A stretch of DNA of 64,000 nucleotides from an uncultured Ignavibacteria bacterium (GCA_964563085.1 CAZLVS010000009.1:14400-78399), one strand, 5' to 3'. Positions 1 to 9,406 are shown, counted from the first letter of the stretch. Notes: generated from the letters alone by a model not told the origin. A program made the numbers and translations.

Positions 1-67
1 TATTACATGCGAGAGGAAACAACAACAAACACAATGTCACAAATAATTTCTCTCCGAATTTTACCAT
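1..67 (-). CDS. 5' end of a secreted/outer-membrane protein (runs off window); candidate MtrB/PioB-like porin or cytochrome partner
   Basis: Not in ORF track. On minus strand AGGAGG RBS then ATG at 67: MVKFGEKLFVTLCLLLFPLACN, signal-peptide-like; starts 16 nt after the cytochrome stop. Product identity is inference from position only. Confidence 0.5.
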   Translation of the reverse strand, partial: MVKFGEKLFVTLCLLLFPLACN

Positions 68-82
68 CTTTCCGCCTCCTGA

Positions 83-1003
83 TTAATCATGACATTCGAC
101 ACAATCGCTGCCCAAAAACCAGTCATTGAAAAACTTTGCGTTACGATTAGAACCGTGTATATCAATATGGCATTCCAGGCAGTTCCTTTCAGCGAATATG
201 CCATCATGCGCCATTCTGTGTCCGGGAATTATGTGACATTGCCGGCAAAGCGAATAGGTAGGTTCCTTAAGCAGGTACTGAAACGGCGATCCGTGCCCAT
301 TATGACAATTTAGGCATCCACCATCCTCAAGTCCGTAGTCGCGCGCAGCTTCGTGTTCGTAGATGAATGGACCTTCCATATCCGGATGACATCCGTAACA
401 AGTCTGGTTTTCGCTATCTGATGTCGAAAAATTATTGATTGCCCCGAAATAGTTATGACAATCGCTGCAGTTTACTGCTCCGGATTGTACAGGATGGGAG
501 GCAATTAGCGAAAAAGAACTCATCTCAAGGGCATGACATTCCAGGCAGGTATTGTTGATATTACCGCCGGTTAACTGCCCCGGTCTCCTCGTTCGCTTGT
601 GGATAACATGGCATCCCGTACAACTTACATTCGCCTGCAGGTGTTCGCCGGCATGAGCGAAATTAGCTTCGGAATTCCCAAAATGACAATTGCTGCAGAC
701 ATCAAATTGGTCATAGGGACTCTGATTGGCGAAATCATTGATAGTCTCCGCAGATGGATCGTCAAGATGGTTTTCCCAGTCCCTGTGACAGTCAACACAA
801 AACACCTGATGTGGACTTTCGGCCGTCACCATTGAATGCGGAGTGCCCATAAAACTTGATGCGGCGTCTTCATGGCATTCTACACAAAAAGTGCTGACCT
901 CGCCGTAATCCGTGTCCCCCGAGACAATGCTGGTTAGAAAGAAAAGGGTTATGATTGAGATTAGGAAACCGGAATTGCTGATATTCGTAAATCTGTGCTT
1001 CAT
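83..1003 (-). CDS. MtrA/DmsE-family periplasmic multiheme cytochrome c (11 CxxCH motifs)
   Basis: Signal peptide; CVECH, CVDCH, CSNCH, CTGCH, CLECH, CSDCH, CYGCH, CLNCH, CRQCH, CLECH, CVECH; family hallmarks GPFIYEH and CHxxIHGSN. Confidence 0.9.
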   Translation of the reverse strand: MKHRFTNISNSGFLISIITLFFLTSIVSGDTDYGEVSTFCVECHEDAASSFMGTPHSMVTAESPHQVFCVDCHRDWENHLDDPSAETINDFANQSPYDQFDVCSNCHFGNSEANFAHAGEHLQANVSCTGCHVIHKRTRRPGQLTGGNINNTCLECHALEMSSFSLIASHPVQSGAVNCSDCHNYFGAINNFSTSDSENQTCYGCHPDMEGPFIYEHEAARDYGLEDGGCLNCHNGHGSPFQYLLKEPTYSLCRQCHIIPGHRMAHDGIFAERNCLECHIDIHGSNRNAKFFNDWFLGSDCVECHD

Positions 1004-1393
1004 AGTAGAGTATTTATATATTAATTTAATTTCTGTAACTCTTTATCGAATAGCATCCTGCATGATTTATATACCGAATATAGAGAAAATATTTTAAGAA
1101 ATTTAGAGTGATCAGGTTAAGTCTTGCACTTAAATTGCTGCAATTTAATATACTCTTGTTACGGTGTCAACTATCAAATAATAATTCTTTTCAATAACAA
1201 ATATCCTGGTGAATACATGATATTAGCAATTGTCTATAATTAACATAATCCATTACTATAACAATGATAGTACATTCGGTTAATAGCTATTTTGGCGCAT
1301 TGTTTATCTTGGTCAAGTAAGGGCTATTTTTGCCGAATTAATAAGCTAAACTGATCATTTTTGTAATTTGTAATAAGAGTAATGGGAGGAAAC

Positions 1394-2842
1394 ATGTTAA
1401 AAAAATATACTCTGGAATCAACTATATTATGCGCTTTAATCGTAACGGCTTTTCTTTTATTATCCTGTTCTGAAAAGGTTACAGATCCAGGGGAAGATCA
1501 CAACGGAGGCAATGGAGAGACCATAACAATCAGCGGCAATCTTCAAGGCAGCGCCGGATTCTTCGGTAAACCGCAGGGAACTCATTCTCTGCCGGATTTC
1601 AAGATTATCTGCCAGGCCGCAACCAGCAAAAGAATCTACGTGGTTACTACCGAATCCGACGGCGGCTTTGGGTTCACCGTTCCCGGGGGTGATTCTTATA
1701 CCTTCCATATTCTGGATGAAAACTACTTTTACGTTGCTCCGATCGTACTGGCCGAATACGATCAGTCAGCATCCGAAGTGCCGGAGGGAATGGAGGTCGA
1801 TGACGAGGATATTGATATCGGCGATGTGATATTGAATGAATCGGATTATGTCGCTGTGTTATCCGAGGGAGATGTCGTCACTATCGACTCTTCGATGTTT
1901 GCCGCCGCCATCGCCGGTATACCCGCCGGAGCAGAAAGCCAGGGAGAGGACGCGGCGAATTACACCGGACACCCGCTCGATTTGGATGGAGACGGTGTGA
2001 TCAATCTTATGGATTCCGATGATGACGGCGATGGAATCCTGGATGAATTCGACTCCGATTGGATTCCCGAAGCGGAATCGGAGGTGGTGAACAATATCGG
2101 GCTCTTCATCAATTTCCACAACAATCTTGATGCTAACGGTGATCCTCCTGATACACCCGAGGATCATCAATATATCATCACCGTGGAATGCGTTGTACGG
2201 AGCGGAGAAGAAGGTAAAATAGACAGTGTTTCGGTATCGGGTCCCGCCTATCTTGATATTTTCGAGATCGATGATATGGGTAACGCCGATAATTGGGAAA
2301 CATACAACGGCAAAAACCTGGTTGAGGACTACCTTTTGGGTACCTCCGACGAACGATGGGGCGCATTTATAAGAGGAATATCCTCGGCACATATCCGGGA
2401 TGCGGTGATCCCCGGAGATGTCTGGATTTTCGAAGTATCGTATACCGACGGCGCAACTTCATATACCGAATTAATGGCGAAAAAAATCAATTTTATCTTT
2501 GAAGACACGCCGCGTAATGTTACGCTCAATGATAGCTTATGGACTTCTGCTGCGATGTACAGCCTCTCGGATACGGTCGTGATAAAATGGGATATCATTA
2601 GCAGCCTTCCGGGAATGACCTATGCGGTCACCGGCTGGCCAATAGTTAATGGTAATCAATACGGACAGATGTTTGGTTACAGTGCGGGTGTTGACGGGGA
2701 CTCGCTTCTATTTGTATTTGAGGACACGGTGTCCGCCGGCGATACTATACAGGCGTATAATATCGATGTAGTCGCATCAAACTCCCACGGAGATAACGCC
2801 AAAACCGATGGAGGTTGGATTTCCAAATGGGCGGGTCCGTAA
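1394..2842 (+). CDS. Acidic lipoprotein of unknown function with TSP3-like Ca-binding loop
   Basis: GGAGG RBS before ATG 1394; lipobox LLLSC; DLDGDGVINLMDSDDDGDGILDEFDSD motif. Confidence 0.7.
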   Translation: MLKKYTLESTILCALIVTAFLLLSCSEKVTDPGEDHNGGNGETITISGNLQGSAGFFGKPQGTHSLPDFKIICQAATSKRIYVVTTESDGGFGFTVPGGDSYTFHILDENYFYVAPIVLAEYDQSASEVPEGMEVDDEDIDIGDVILNESDYVAVLSEGDVVTIDSSMFAAAIAGIPAGAESQGEDAANYTGHPLDLDGDGVINLMDSDDDGDGILDEFDSDWIPEAESEVVNNIGLFINFHNNLDANGDPPDTPEDHQYIITVECVVRSGEEGKIDSVSVSGPAYLDIFEIDDMGNADNWETYNGKNLVEDYLLGTSDERWGAFIRGISSAHIRDAVIPGDVWIFEVSYTDGATSYTELMAKKINFIFEDTPRNVTLNDSLWTSAAMYSLSDTVVIKWDIISSLPGMTYAVTGWPIVNGNQYGQMFGYSAGVDGDSLLFVFEDTVSAGDTIQAYNIDVVASNSHGDNAKTDGGWISKWAGP

Positions 2843-2960
2843 TTTGGTAAATTGGGAAATTTAGAGCTGATATCCTAATACCGATATATTTGCTTGTCTT
2901 TGATAAAAGATGAGGGAGTTCCTCTCAGCTTGAAGAACTCCTTCCTGGACCAAGCCTCGT

Positions 2961-2982
2961 CAAAATGTTATATAACATTTTG
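2961..2982. promoter_or_regulatory. Perfect 22-bp palindrome, putative operator
   Basis: CAAAATGTTATATAACATTTTG is its own reverse complement; lies 15 nt upstream of a -35 box. Confidence 0.55.
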
Positions 2983-2997
2983 TTCACATATTTCTCA

Positions 2998-3026
2998 TTG
3001 ACAAACCTGTGCTGTCTATTTAAATT
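2998..3026 (+). promoter_or_regulatory. sigma70-type promoter for the M4 peptidase gene
   Basis: TTGACA - 17 nt - TAAATT. Confidence 0.6.
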
Positions 3027-3157
3027 TATAGCGTATACGGGTAGCATTGTTTTTGAATATTATTTTCAATAAGTTAGTCATCACAGAAAAATGATTATCC
3101 CGATTTAATCCGAACTGTATTTCAAAATACGTGACTAATGTCACAAGGAGAATTGGT

Positions 3158-6100
3158 ATGAGAGTTTGTAGTATAATTGTTATAACACTCTTATTGATTT
3201 CCGTGGCTGATTCGGCGTCGGCTCATCGCATCCCGGAAATCGAGTCTAAGGAAGATTATGCTAAACAGGCGTTGTCGCCCGAATCTAAAGGTAAAAGTTT
3301 AACCGCAAAGTTAAATCTAAAGGAGTTCAAAGCAAAGTATAATAAGGATGTTATTGTCAATTCTAACGGGTCTGTGCAGAGAATCGCATTTTCGGGTATT
3401 CACCTCGCTCCTGAACTTACTCATAAAAATATTGAACGGGTCTCCACTGAGTTTATCCATGCCAATCCGTCTTTGTTCAAGGTTTCAAGCAATGATCTCA
3501 AGTTTCAAAGCGGCGGATTTTACGGAAAGATGTGGTATGTGATATTCGATAGGTATTATCGCGGATTGCCGGTTTATAGTTCCTTTCTAAGACTCGTTTA
3601 TTCTTCCGCCGGAGCTTTGGTTTCTGTCACCAACAGGTTATATCCCGAGTTGAGCGTGAACATCAATCCCTCGGTCTCAGAAAGCGATGCAATCGGCATT
3701 GCTCTTCAGAGTAACAACTGTTTTAACGGTGACTATGAGCTTCAATCGGTTGAACTTCTGATATATCCTTTGGAAAATGAAATATCCTCGCAAGCTCATC
3801 TTGCCTGGAAAGTGGCGTATCTCACTTCAGATCCGATCGGAAGATGGTATATATTCGTGGACGCTCAAACCGGAGAAATCATACAAAAGTGGAACAGCAT
3901 AAACTATGGATTTTACGGTGCGGTAAGAGGTTCTGTTCATCTTATTGATCCTCATAACCAGCCCGAGAATAAAGTATTCAAGGATTTAACGGTCACCGCC
4001 CTAAATCATGGTTCCGACGAAACCGATCAATACGGATACTATTTTGTCCCCGGTGATGGCTCGGATTGGATCAATGCCGGGTTATCCGGACCCTATGTTA
4101 AGGTAAATAATCTGTATAGCGGCAACGCTTGGTTCTCTGAGATTTCCAGCGGATACCTCAATATATTCTGGGATCCATATAGCACCGAGTCAGAACGCGA
4201 CGCCTACTACCACACCATACAGAGCCGCGATTTCATTAAAGCTTTAGACCCCCAGTTCATCGATCTGGACTGGCAGCTTGATTGCAACATTAATTTCGAT
4301 GGGGACTGCCAATCCTACTGGGACGGTGGCTCTATCAATTTCGCGCGTGCCGGAGACCTTTGCATGGATATGGCACAAATGCCTACAATAGTCATGCATG
4401 AGTATGGACATGCTATTACGGAATTGCTTTATCTGCCGGAGGAATTACCCAATTATGATGAGCCGGGCGGACTCTCGGAAGCGTGGGCTGATATCTTTGC
4501 GAATAGTATCACCGATCAGCCATTGATTGGCAGGGGAATATACGGCATAGGAACCTACATGAGAACGTCGGATAATGACGATCAATATGAAGGCAATGAC
4601 TGCAGCGGGGATCCCCATTGCATGGGTAGAATCATGTCCGGCGCACTGTGGCACATGAAGGAGAATCTCCGTGCCGAATATGGCGATGATATTAACCCTT
4701 ATGCCGATAGCCTGTGGCATTTCCCCAGATATGCCAAGCCGATGGACTTTGCCAGCTATCTCTGGGAGATACTGTTGTTCGACGATGACGATTCCAACCC
4801 GATTAACGGCACCCCTCATTACCATTTGATATGCGAGGCTTTCGCAAGACATACAATAGACTGCCCGGAAATCCATTCCGGCGTCGAAATTGAACATGAA
4901 CCTTTACCCAACACGGAATCCAATGATCCGTATCCGGTGATTGCGGGGATAACGTCAGCCGAAAGCGAAATAGACACTGCCTATGTTTACTGGTCCAATG
5001 GCGGCAATTCCAGCATCGTTCATATGGATCACATCGGTAATGACCAGTATACCGCTAACATCCCGGGACAGTCATCGGGCACCATGATTAACTACTACAT
5101 CTACGCAACCGACGAGCTTCACAATTATGCGCAGCATCCTGAGATCGGCTACCATTCCTTTTTTGTTGGACAATATGACACGGTTTATACCGATAGCATG
5201 GAATACGGCGGGGACGATTGGGTCCATTACCCGGTCACCTCGGATTACATCGACCAATGGGATATCCGCGACCATCGGAACCACAGTCCCAACGGCAGTA
5301 AAGCATGGAAATGCGGCAGTCCGCTGTCGTATGGGGACTATGCCAATAATATTGATGCCGGCTTGATAACTCCTTATATTTTTATCCCTGCGGGCGCCTT
5401 CATGTCCTTCTGGATGTGGGGCGAGATCGAAGAATCAAGCAGTGACAGGGCATGGGATGGCGCCATGGTTGAGATATCTGTCCAGGGCGAACCGTTTGTA
5501 CAGCTAACTCCCGAAGGCAGCTACACCCATACCACAATTGGCGATTACAACCACCCCTGGCCCGCCGACACGCCATGTTGGTCCGGTAATTTCGATTGGA
5601 CCAGGGTTGTTCTTGATTTGACTGATTATGGAGAGATGAACGGTTACATAAGGTTTCGAATGGGAACCGACGAGATGGAAACATACGAAGGGTGGTATAT
5701 CGATGATGTCAATCTTTGGGGATATGGCCTTAATTATTCACGTCCCTGGCAGCTAACCTTAACTCCGCATGATGCCCCTATTATAGTGCCGGTTGGCGGC
5801 GATTTCTCTTACGACATATCCGTGGTTAATAACACCGGTGAAGGAGGCATTCGGGACGCCTGGATAAATTTGCTTTTACCGAGCGGGAGTAAAGTGACCA
5901 TCGCTGCTTTTAATAACCGCTATTTTGATCCCGGCGAGAATATCTTCCCGGATCTCACTCAGTACATTCCGATCATCGCTCCACCCGGAGACTATACTTA
6001 CATCGGCTGCATCGGTGATAGACCCTCAATAATCTTTGATTCCTCTTACTTCTACTTCGAGGTGGTCAGCGGTATCGATGGCGGTTACGAAGGTAAAGAC

Positions 6101-6412
6101 TGGTTATTGGTCGGATGGGAAAGAGAGGAGTCCCGCAGGCTGCTTCCGGACAGAACCGAATTGATAGGTAATATGCCCAATCCGTTTAATCCGGTTACAA
6201 CCATTAAATATAATCTGGCTGAAGAAAGCGATGTATCTCTGGAAATCTATAACTTGTTGGGACGGAAAGTCATCTCACTGGTCGATGAACATCAGCAGGC
6301 AGGTTACAAATCAGTTCGATGGGATGCTTCGCAATACGCTTCCGGGATTTATTTCTATCGCATGCGCGTCGGTAATAAAGTGTTCACAAAACGAATGCTG
6401 CTCTTAAAATAG
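3158..6412 (+). CDS. Secreted thermolysin-like (M4/M36) metallopeptidase with propeptide, accessory beta domains and T9SS-type C-terminal domain
   Basis: AGGAG RBS; signal peptide; FTP/PepSY-like propeptide (WYIFVDAQTGEI); HEYGH plus GGLSEAWAD; CTD PNPFNPVTTIKY...SGIYFYRM...KRMLLLK. Confidence 0.88.
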   Translation: MRVCSIIVITLLLISVADSASAHRIPEIESKEDYAKQALSPESKGKSLTAKLNLKEFKAKYNKDVIVNSNGSVQRIAFSGIHLAPELTHKNIERVSTEFIHANPSLFKVSSNDLKFQSGGFYGKMWYVIFDRYYRGLPVYSSFLRLVYSSAGALVSVTNRLYPELSVNINPSVSESDAIGIALQSNNCFNGDYELQSVELLIYPLENEISSQAHLAWKVAYLTSDPIGRWYIFVDAQTGEIIQKWNSINYGFYGAVRGSVHLIDPHNQPENKVFKDLTVTALNHGSDETDQYGYYFVPGDGSDWINAGLSGPYVKVNNLYSGNAWFSEISSGYLNIFWDPYSTESERDAYYHTIQSRDFIKALDPQFIDLDWQLDCNINFDGDCQSYWDGGSINFARAGDLCMDMAQMPTIVMHEYGHAITELLYLPEELPNYDEPGGLSEAWADIFANSITDQPLIGRGIYGIGTYMRTSDNDDQYEGNDCSGDPHCMGRIMSGALWHMKENLRAEYGDDINPYADSLWHFPRYAKPMDFASYLWEILLFDDDDSNPINGTPHYHLICEAFARHTIDCPEIHSGVEIEHEPLPNTESNDPYPVIAGITSAESEIDTAYVYWSNGGNSSIVHMDHIGNDQYTANIPGQSSGTMINYYIYATDELHNYAQHPEIGYHSFFVGQYDTVYTDSMEYGGDDWVHYPVTSDYIDQWDIRDHRNHSPNGSKAWKCGSPLSYGDYANNIDAGLITPYIFIPAGAFMSFWMWGEIEESSSDRAWDGAMVEISVQGEPFVQLTPEGSYTHTTIGDYNHPWPADTPCWSGNFDWTRVVLDLTDYGEMNGYIRFRMGTDEMETYEGWYIDDVNLWGYGLNYSRPWQLTLTPHDAPIIVPVGGDFSYDISVVNNTGEGGIRDAWINLLLPSGSKVTIAAFNNRYFDPGENIFPDLTQYIPIIAPPGDYTYIGCIGDRPSIIFDSSYFYFEVVSGIDGGYEGKDWLLVGWEREESRRLLPDRTELIGNMPNPFNPVTTIKYNLAEESDVSLEIYNLLGRKVISLVDEHQQAGYKSVRWDASQYASGIYFYRMRVGNKVFTKRMLLLK

Positions 6413-6479
6413 GCTGATGTCCTGACAGGGAATCCCGATAAAACTGCGGTGCGATAGACTCAACCCGAAACGTTGCCGG

Positions 6480-6770
6480 ATGCGGCATGCTCAAGCTTGT
6501 TCGGGCGCGTTCTGATTGTGTGCATTTGTGCTGTCGGGCCGCCGCACCCGTCATTGCGAGCGAAGCGAAGCAATCCGGCTCCATGTTTGTGTGCGTCAAA
6601 CGTCCTCGTTTAACGCCTTCGGTCAGACAGGGACGTCTGACCGCACCGAAGAGTACTGTCTCCCGAAGTCATTGCGAGCGAAGCGAAGCAATCCCTTTAC
6701 ATTACAGCTGTGGTCGGCGGACGTCCCCGTCCGCCGACGGGGCGGCATACTCAAACTTGTCCGGGCATGC
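6480..6770. repeat. REP-like palindrome cassette
   Basis: Two GTCATTGCGAGCGAAGCGAAGCAATCC units, GGTCAGACAGGGACGTCTGACC and GTCGGCGGACGTCCCCGTCCGCCGAC hairpins; 6550-6647 is closely repeated at 51251-51347. Confidence 0.85.
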
Positions 6771-6847
6771 TTCATAGTTTTGGCAGGCAATCGTCGAAAT
6801 CCAGAGGTTTTTGCCTACGGCGGGAACCCGCAGTCTGTATTGCCGTA

Positions 6848-7348
6848 TTAATCCAGCTTGAAATCGCCGTGTTTTTCGATATGCGCCACCAGTCCGCCAT
6901 CGTTTAGTATCTTTATCATTGCATCCGGAAGCGGCGAAAAGGTGAGTCGATCTCCGGTTGTCAGATTGTTGACCACTCCCTCGGACAGATCGACTGTCAA
7001 CTGATCACCGGCGCTGATTCTATCAGTATCGCACACCAGGACGGGAAGGCCAACATTAATGGCGTTGCGGAAAAATATGCGCGCAAATGATTTCGCCATC
7101 ACCGCGCCGACCCCCGCCAACTTAATGATAGTCGGCGCATGTTCTCTGGATGAACCCAGCCCGAAGTTGTTCCCGCCAACCACGAAATCGCCGGGTTGAA
7201 CATTTTTAGCGAAATCCGGATCGGCATCTTCCAAAACATGTTTTGCCAATTCAGGCAGATTACTTCTGAGATGGAATAACCTTCCGGGAGCGATATGATC
7301 GGTGGAAATATCATCGCCGAATTTATGTGCTTTACCTGTTATTTGCAT
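6848..7348 (-). CDS. leuD: 3-isopropylmalate dehydratase/homoaconitase small subunit (copy 1)
   Basis: GDDISTDHIAPG, NFGLGSSREHA, AKSFARIFFRNAINVG. Confidence 0.92.
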   Translation of the reverse strand: MQITGKAHKFGDDISTDHIAPGRLFHLRSNLPELAKHVLEDADPDFAKNVQPGDFVVGGNNFGLGSSREHAPTIIKLAGVGAVMAKSFARIFFRNAINVGLPVLVCDTDRISAGDQLTVDLSEGVVNNLTTGDRLTFSPLPDAMIKILNDGGLVAHIEKHGDFKLD

Positions 7349-7370
7349 TATTTTTACTCCTGCCTTTTAT

Positions 7371-7545
7371 GGTTTCCGATGGCGTCGGGTTTCTCGCTCG
7401 TTGCACTCGCTCGGAACCCGACCTACGAATTTGTCGGGGATAAGCCCGCCGACCTGCGTTTGATTCAAGTGTCGGGTTTCTCGCTCGTTGCACTCGCTCG
7501 GAACCCGACCTACGGTTTCCAATGGCGTCGGTTTTCGTCGGTAAA
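7371..7545. repeat. Tandem GTAG-tagged REP elements between leuC and leuD
   Basis: Identical 44-bp units at 7384-7427 and 7471-7514 (GTCGGGTTTC...GGAACCCGACCTACG); related copies at 13868, 51193 and 51402. Confidence 0.85.
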
Positions 7546-7555
7546 TCCGTCGCCC

Positions 7556-9025
7556 CTACCGCTTTTTCTTAGCTGTTTTCTTCTTGGCTGCTTTTTTCTT
7601 GGCGGCCTTCTTCTTCGCCTTCTTAACCGCTTTCTTGGCGACTTTTTTCACAGCGCTTTTAGCTTTTTTCTTAGCCGCTTTTTGCTTGGTCGCCGCTGCT
7701 TTTTTGGCAGCTTTTGCTCTTGTGAGTTTCACCGGATCGGGGATCGTCCCCAACGGCTTAAGCGCCCGGCTGAACTCCCGGGGATCCGAAATATAGCCGG
7801 TCAAAGCGCTTGCCGCTACCGTAGCCGGAGATGCGAGATAGATATTCCCTTCGGGATTTCCCATACGACCCCTGAAATTACGGTTCTGAGTTGCGATTAC
7901 ATTTTCGCCATCGCCCAGGATTCCGCCATGAACTCCCACGCAGGGTCCGCATCCGGGAGGTAACATCAATGCGCCGAATTCCATCACGGTCTGCAGGTAA
8001 CCATGCTTCAATAACTCCGTTTCCACCTTTTTGGAACCGGGTACAGCTATGACTCGAACGCCAGGCGCAGGCTTTTTGCCCTTGACTATTCCCGCGAATA
8101 TCGCCCAGTCGGACAGGCGGGAGTTGGTGCAGGTGCCCAGAAAAACCTGATTAATCTTAACATTATCGGCAACCGCCTGTTCGATTTCCCGGGTATTATC
8201 CACTGTATGCGGGTAGGAAACGGTTGGTTTCAACTGGCGAACATCAATATCGATGATTTTCTCATAGTCGGCATCCGGATCGGGATAAATCTCCTGCCAC
8301 TTGCTGCCGCGTTTCCATTTCTTGAGGTAATCCCGGGTTATACTATCAGAAGCGATAAGCCCGGCTTTGGCGCCCGCTTCCACCGCCATATTCGACAGGG
8401 TGAACCGCCCTTCCATATCCATATTATCGATTGTCGGTCCGCCGAATTCCAGAGCCTTGTAGGTTGCGCCGTCCGCGCCGATCATACCGATCAAGTGCAG
8501 TATCAAATCCTTGGGATACACGCCTGTAGGGAATTTTCCGGTTACGTTTACTCGGTAAGTTTCAGGCACCCTGAGCCAGGTCTTCCCCAGCGCCATACCG
8601 ATAGCCACATCGGTGGAACCCATTCCGGTGGAAAACGCGCACAGCGCGCCTCCGGTGCAGGTATGCGAATCAGCGCCGATCAAGAGATCGCCCGGATTGA
8701 TATAATCCTCATTGATTACCGTGTGGCAGATACCGTTGCCGACATCTGAAAGATGCGCGCCGGTTTTGTCGGCGAACTGGCGTAATGTCATGTGGTCATT
8801 CGCCAGCTCCTTGCGCGATGCCGGAGCGGAATGGTCTAAAAACAGGACGGTTTTATCCGGATGAGCGACTTTCTCCAGGTTAAGTTTCTGAAGCTGTTTA
8901 ACCGCCAGCGGACCGGTGCCGTCCTGCACCAGTGCGGCGGTCACGTTAGCGATTACTATTTCGCCGGCGGATACTTCCTTACCGGCATTCATGCCAATTA
9001 TTATTTCAGCAAGGGTTTTACCCAT
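7556..9025 (-). CDS. leuC: 3-isopropylmalate dehydratase/homoaconitase large subunit (copy 1) with C-terminal histone H1-like tail
   Basis: LDH, GICH, GADSHT, LGTCTNSR and PGCGPC cluster ligands, TQNRNFRGRMG; last 53 aa are K/A-rich. Confidence 0.93.
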   Translation of the reverse strand: MGKTLAEIIIGMNAGKEVSAGEIVIANVTAALVQDGTGPLAVKQLQKLNLEKVAHPDKTVLFLDHSAPASRKELANDHMTLRQFADKTGAHLSDVGNGICHTVINEDYINPGDLLIGADSHTCTGGALCAFSTGMGSTDVAIGMALGKTWLRVPETYRVNVTGKFPTGVYPKDLILHLIGMIGADGATYKALEFGGPTIDNMDMEGRFTLSNMAVEAGAKAGLIASDSITRDYLKKWKRGSKWQEIYPDPDADYEKIIDIDVRQLKPTVSYPHTVDNTREIEQAVADNVKINQVFLGTCTNSRLSDWAIFAGIVKGKKPAPGVRVIAVPGSKKVETELLKHGYLQTVMEFGALMLPPGCGPCVGVHGGILGDGENVIATQNRNFRGRMGNPEGNIYLASPATVAASALTGYISDPREFSRALKPLGTIPDPVKLTRAKAAKKAAATKQKAAKKKAKSAVKKVAKKAVKKAKKKAAKKKAAKKKTAKKKR

Positions 9026-9312
9026 ATCGATACATCCTCCTTAGTGCATTAATTAATTGGTCAATATATATTTGAGGTTATATGCGGTCAAGAATAATTC
9101 GGTATCGGGCGGAAATAGGTAACTGCATATCGTTTTAGGGACTATTCGTTAATCGTTATAACCTTTATAAACATGGCATTTTGAACATTAGCAATATGGA
9201 ACGCCTAAAATCCTATAAGAAGTAGATAATCAATATCGGCTCTGAAAACAACGGGCTGTTCAGATGCTCAATCAGATGTAAAAAACAGTTAAATTTTTAT
9301 GCGAAAGCCGTT

Positions 9313-9330
9313 TCGTGAAAAAGTTCTCAA
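9313..9330. promoter_or_regulatory. Rex/CRP-like operator (distal)
   Basis: TCGTGAA-AAAG-TTCTCAA versus Rex consensus TTGTGAA-N4-TTCACAA (12/14). Confidence 0.5.
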
Positions 9331-9388
9331 AGTTGTTGTTTATAAAGATGATTTTTCATATATTCGAAAAGTCATTTTTTGCTTGATG

Positions 9389-9406
9389 TTGTGAAAATAT
9401 TCACTA
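9389..9406. promoter_or_regulatory. Rex/CRP-like operator (proximal) upstream of hdrC-like operon
   Basis: TTGTGAA-AATA-TTCACTA (13/14 to Rex consensus; also fits TGTGA-N6-TCACA). Confidence 0.6.

Noticed and set aside
1124-1143. TTGCAC-N5-TTGC as a sigma54 promoter
   Set aside because: The invariant GG at -24 is missing (TG), so it is not supportable.
6384-6907. Short ORFs over REP cassettes (also 13718, 18011-18378, 25829, 51140-51709, 58612), some sharing VIASEAKQS / HCERSEAI
   Set aside because: The shared peptide is the translation of the GTCATTGCGAGCGAAGCGAAGCAATC repeat; no RBS or domain support.
7384-7514. Two identical 44-bp repeats with a 43-bp spacer, resembling a mini CRISPR array
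   Set aside because: Only two units; the spacer is itself a REP hairpin; related copies are dispersed (13868, 51193, 51402) with GTAG tags; no cas genes in the window.
7295-7963. 222-aa plus-strand Phe/Leu-rich ORF that looks like a membrane protein
   Set aside because: Antisense shadow of the Lys/Ala codons of the leuC tail and the REP spacer.
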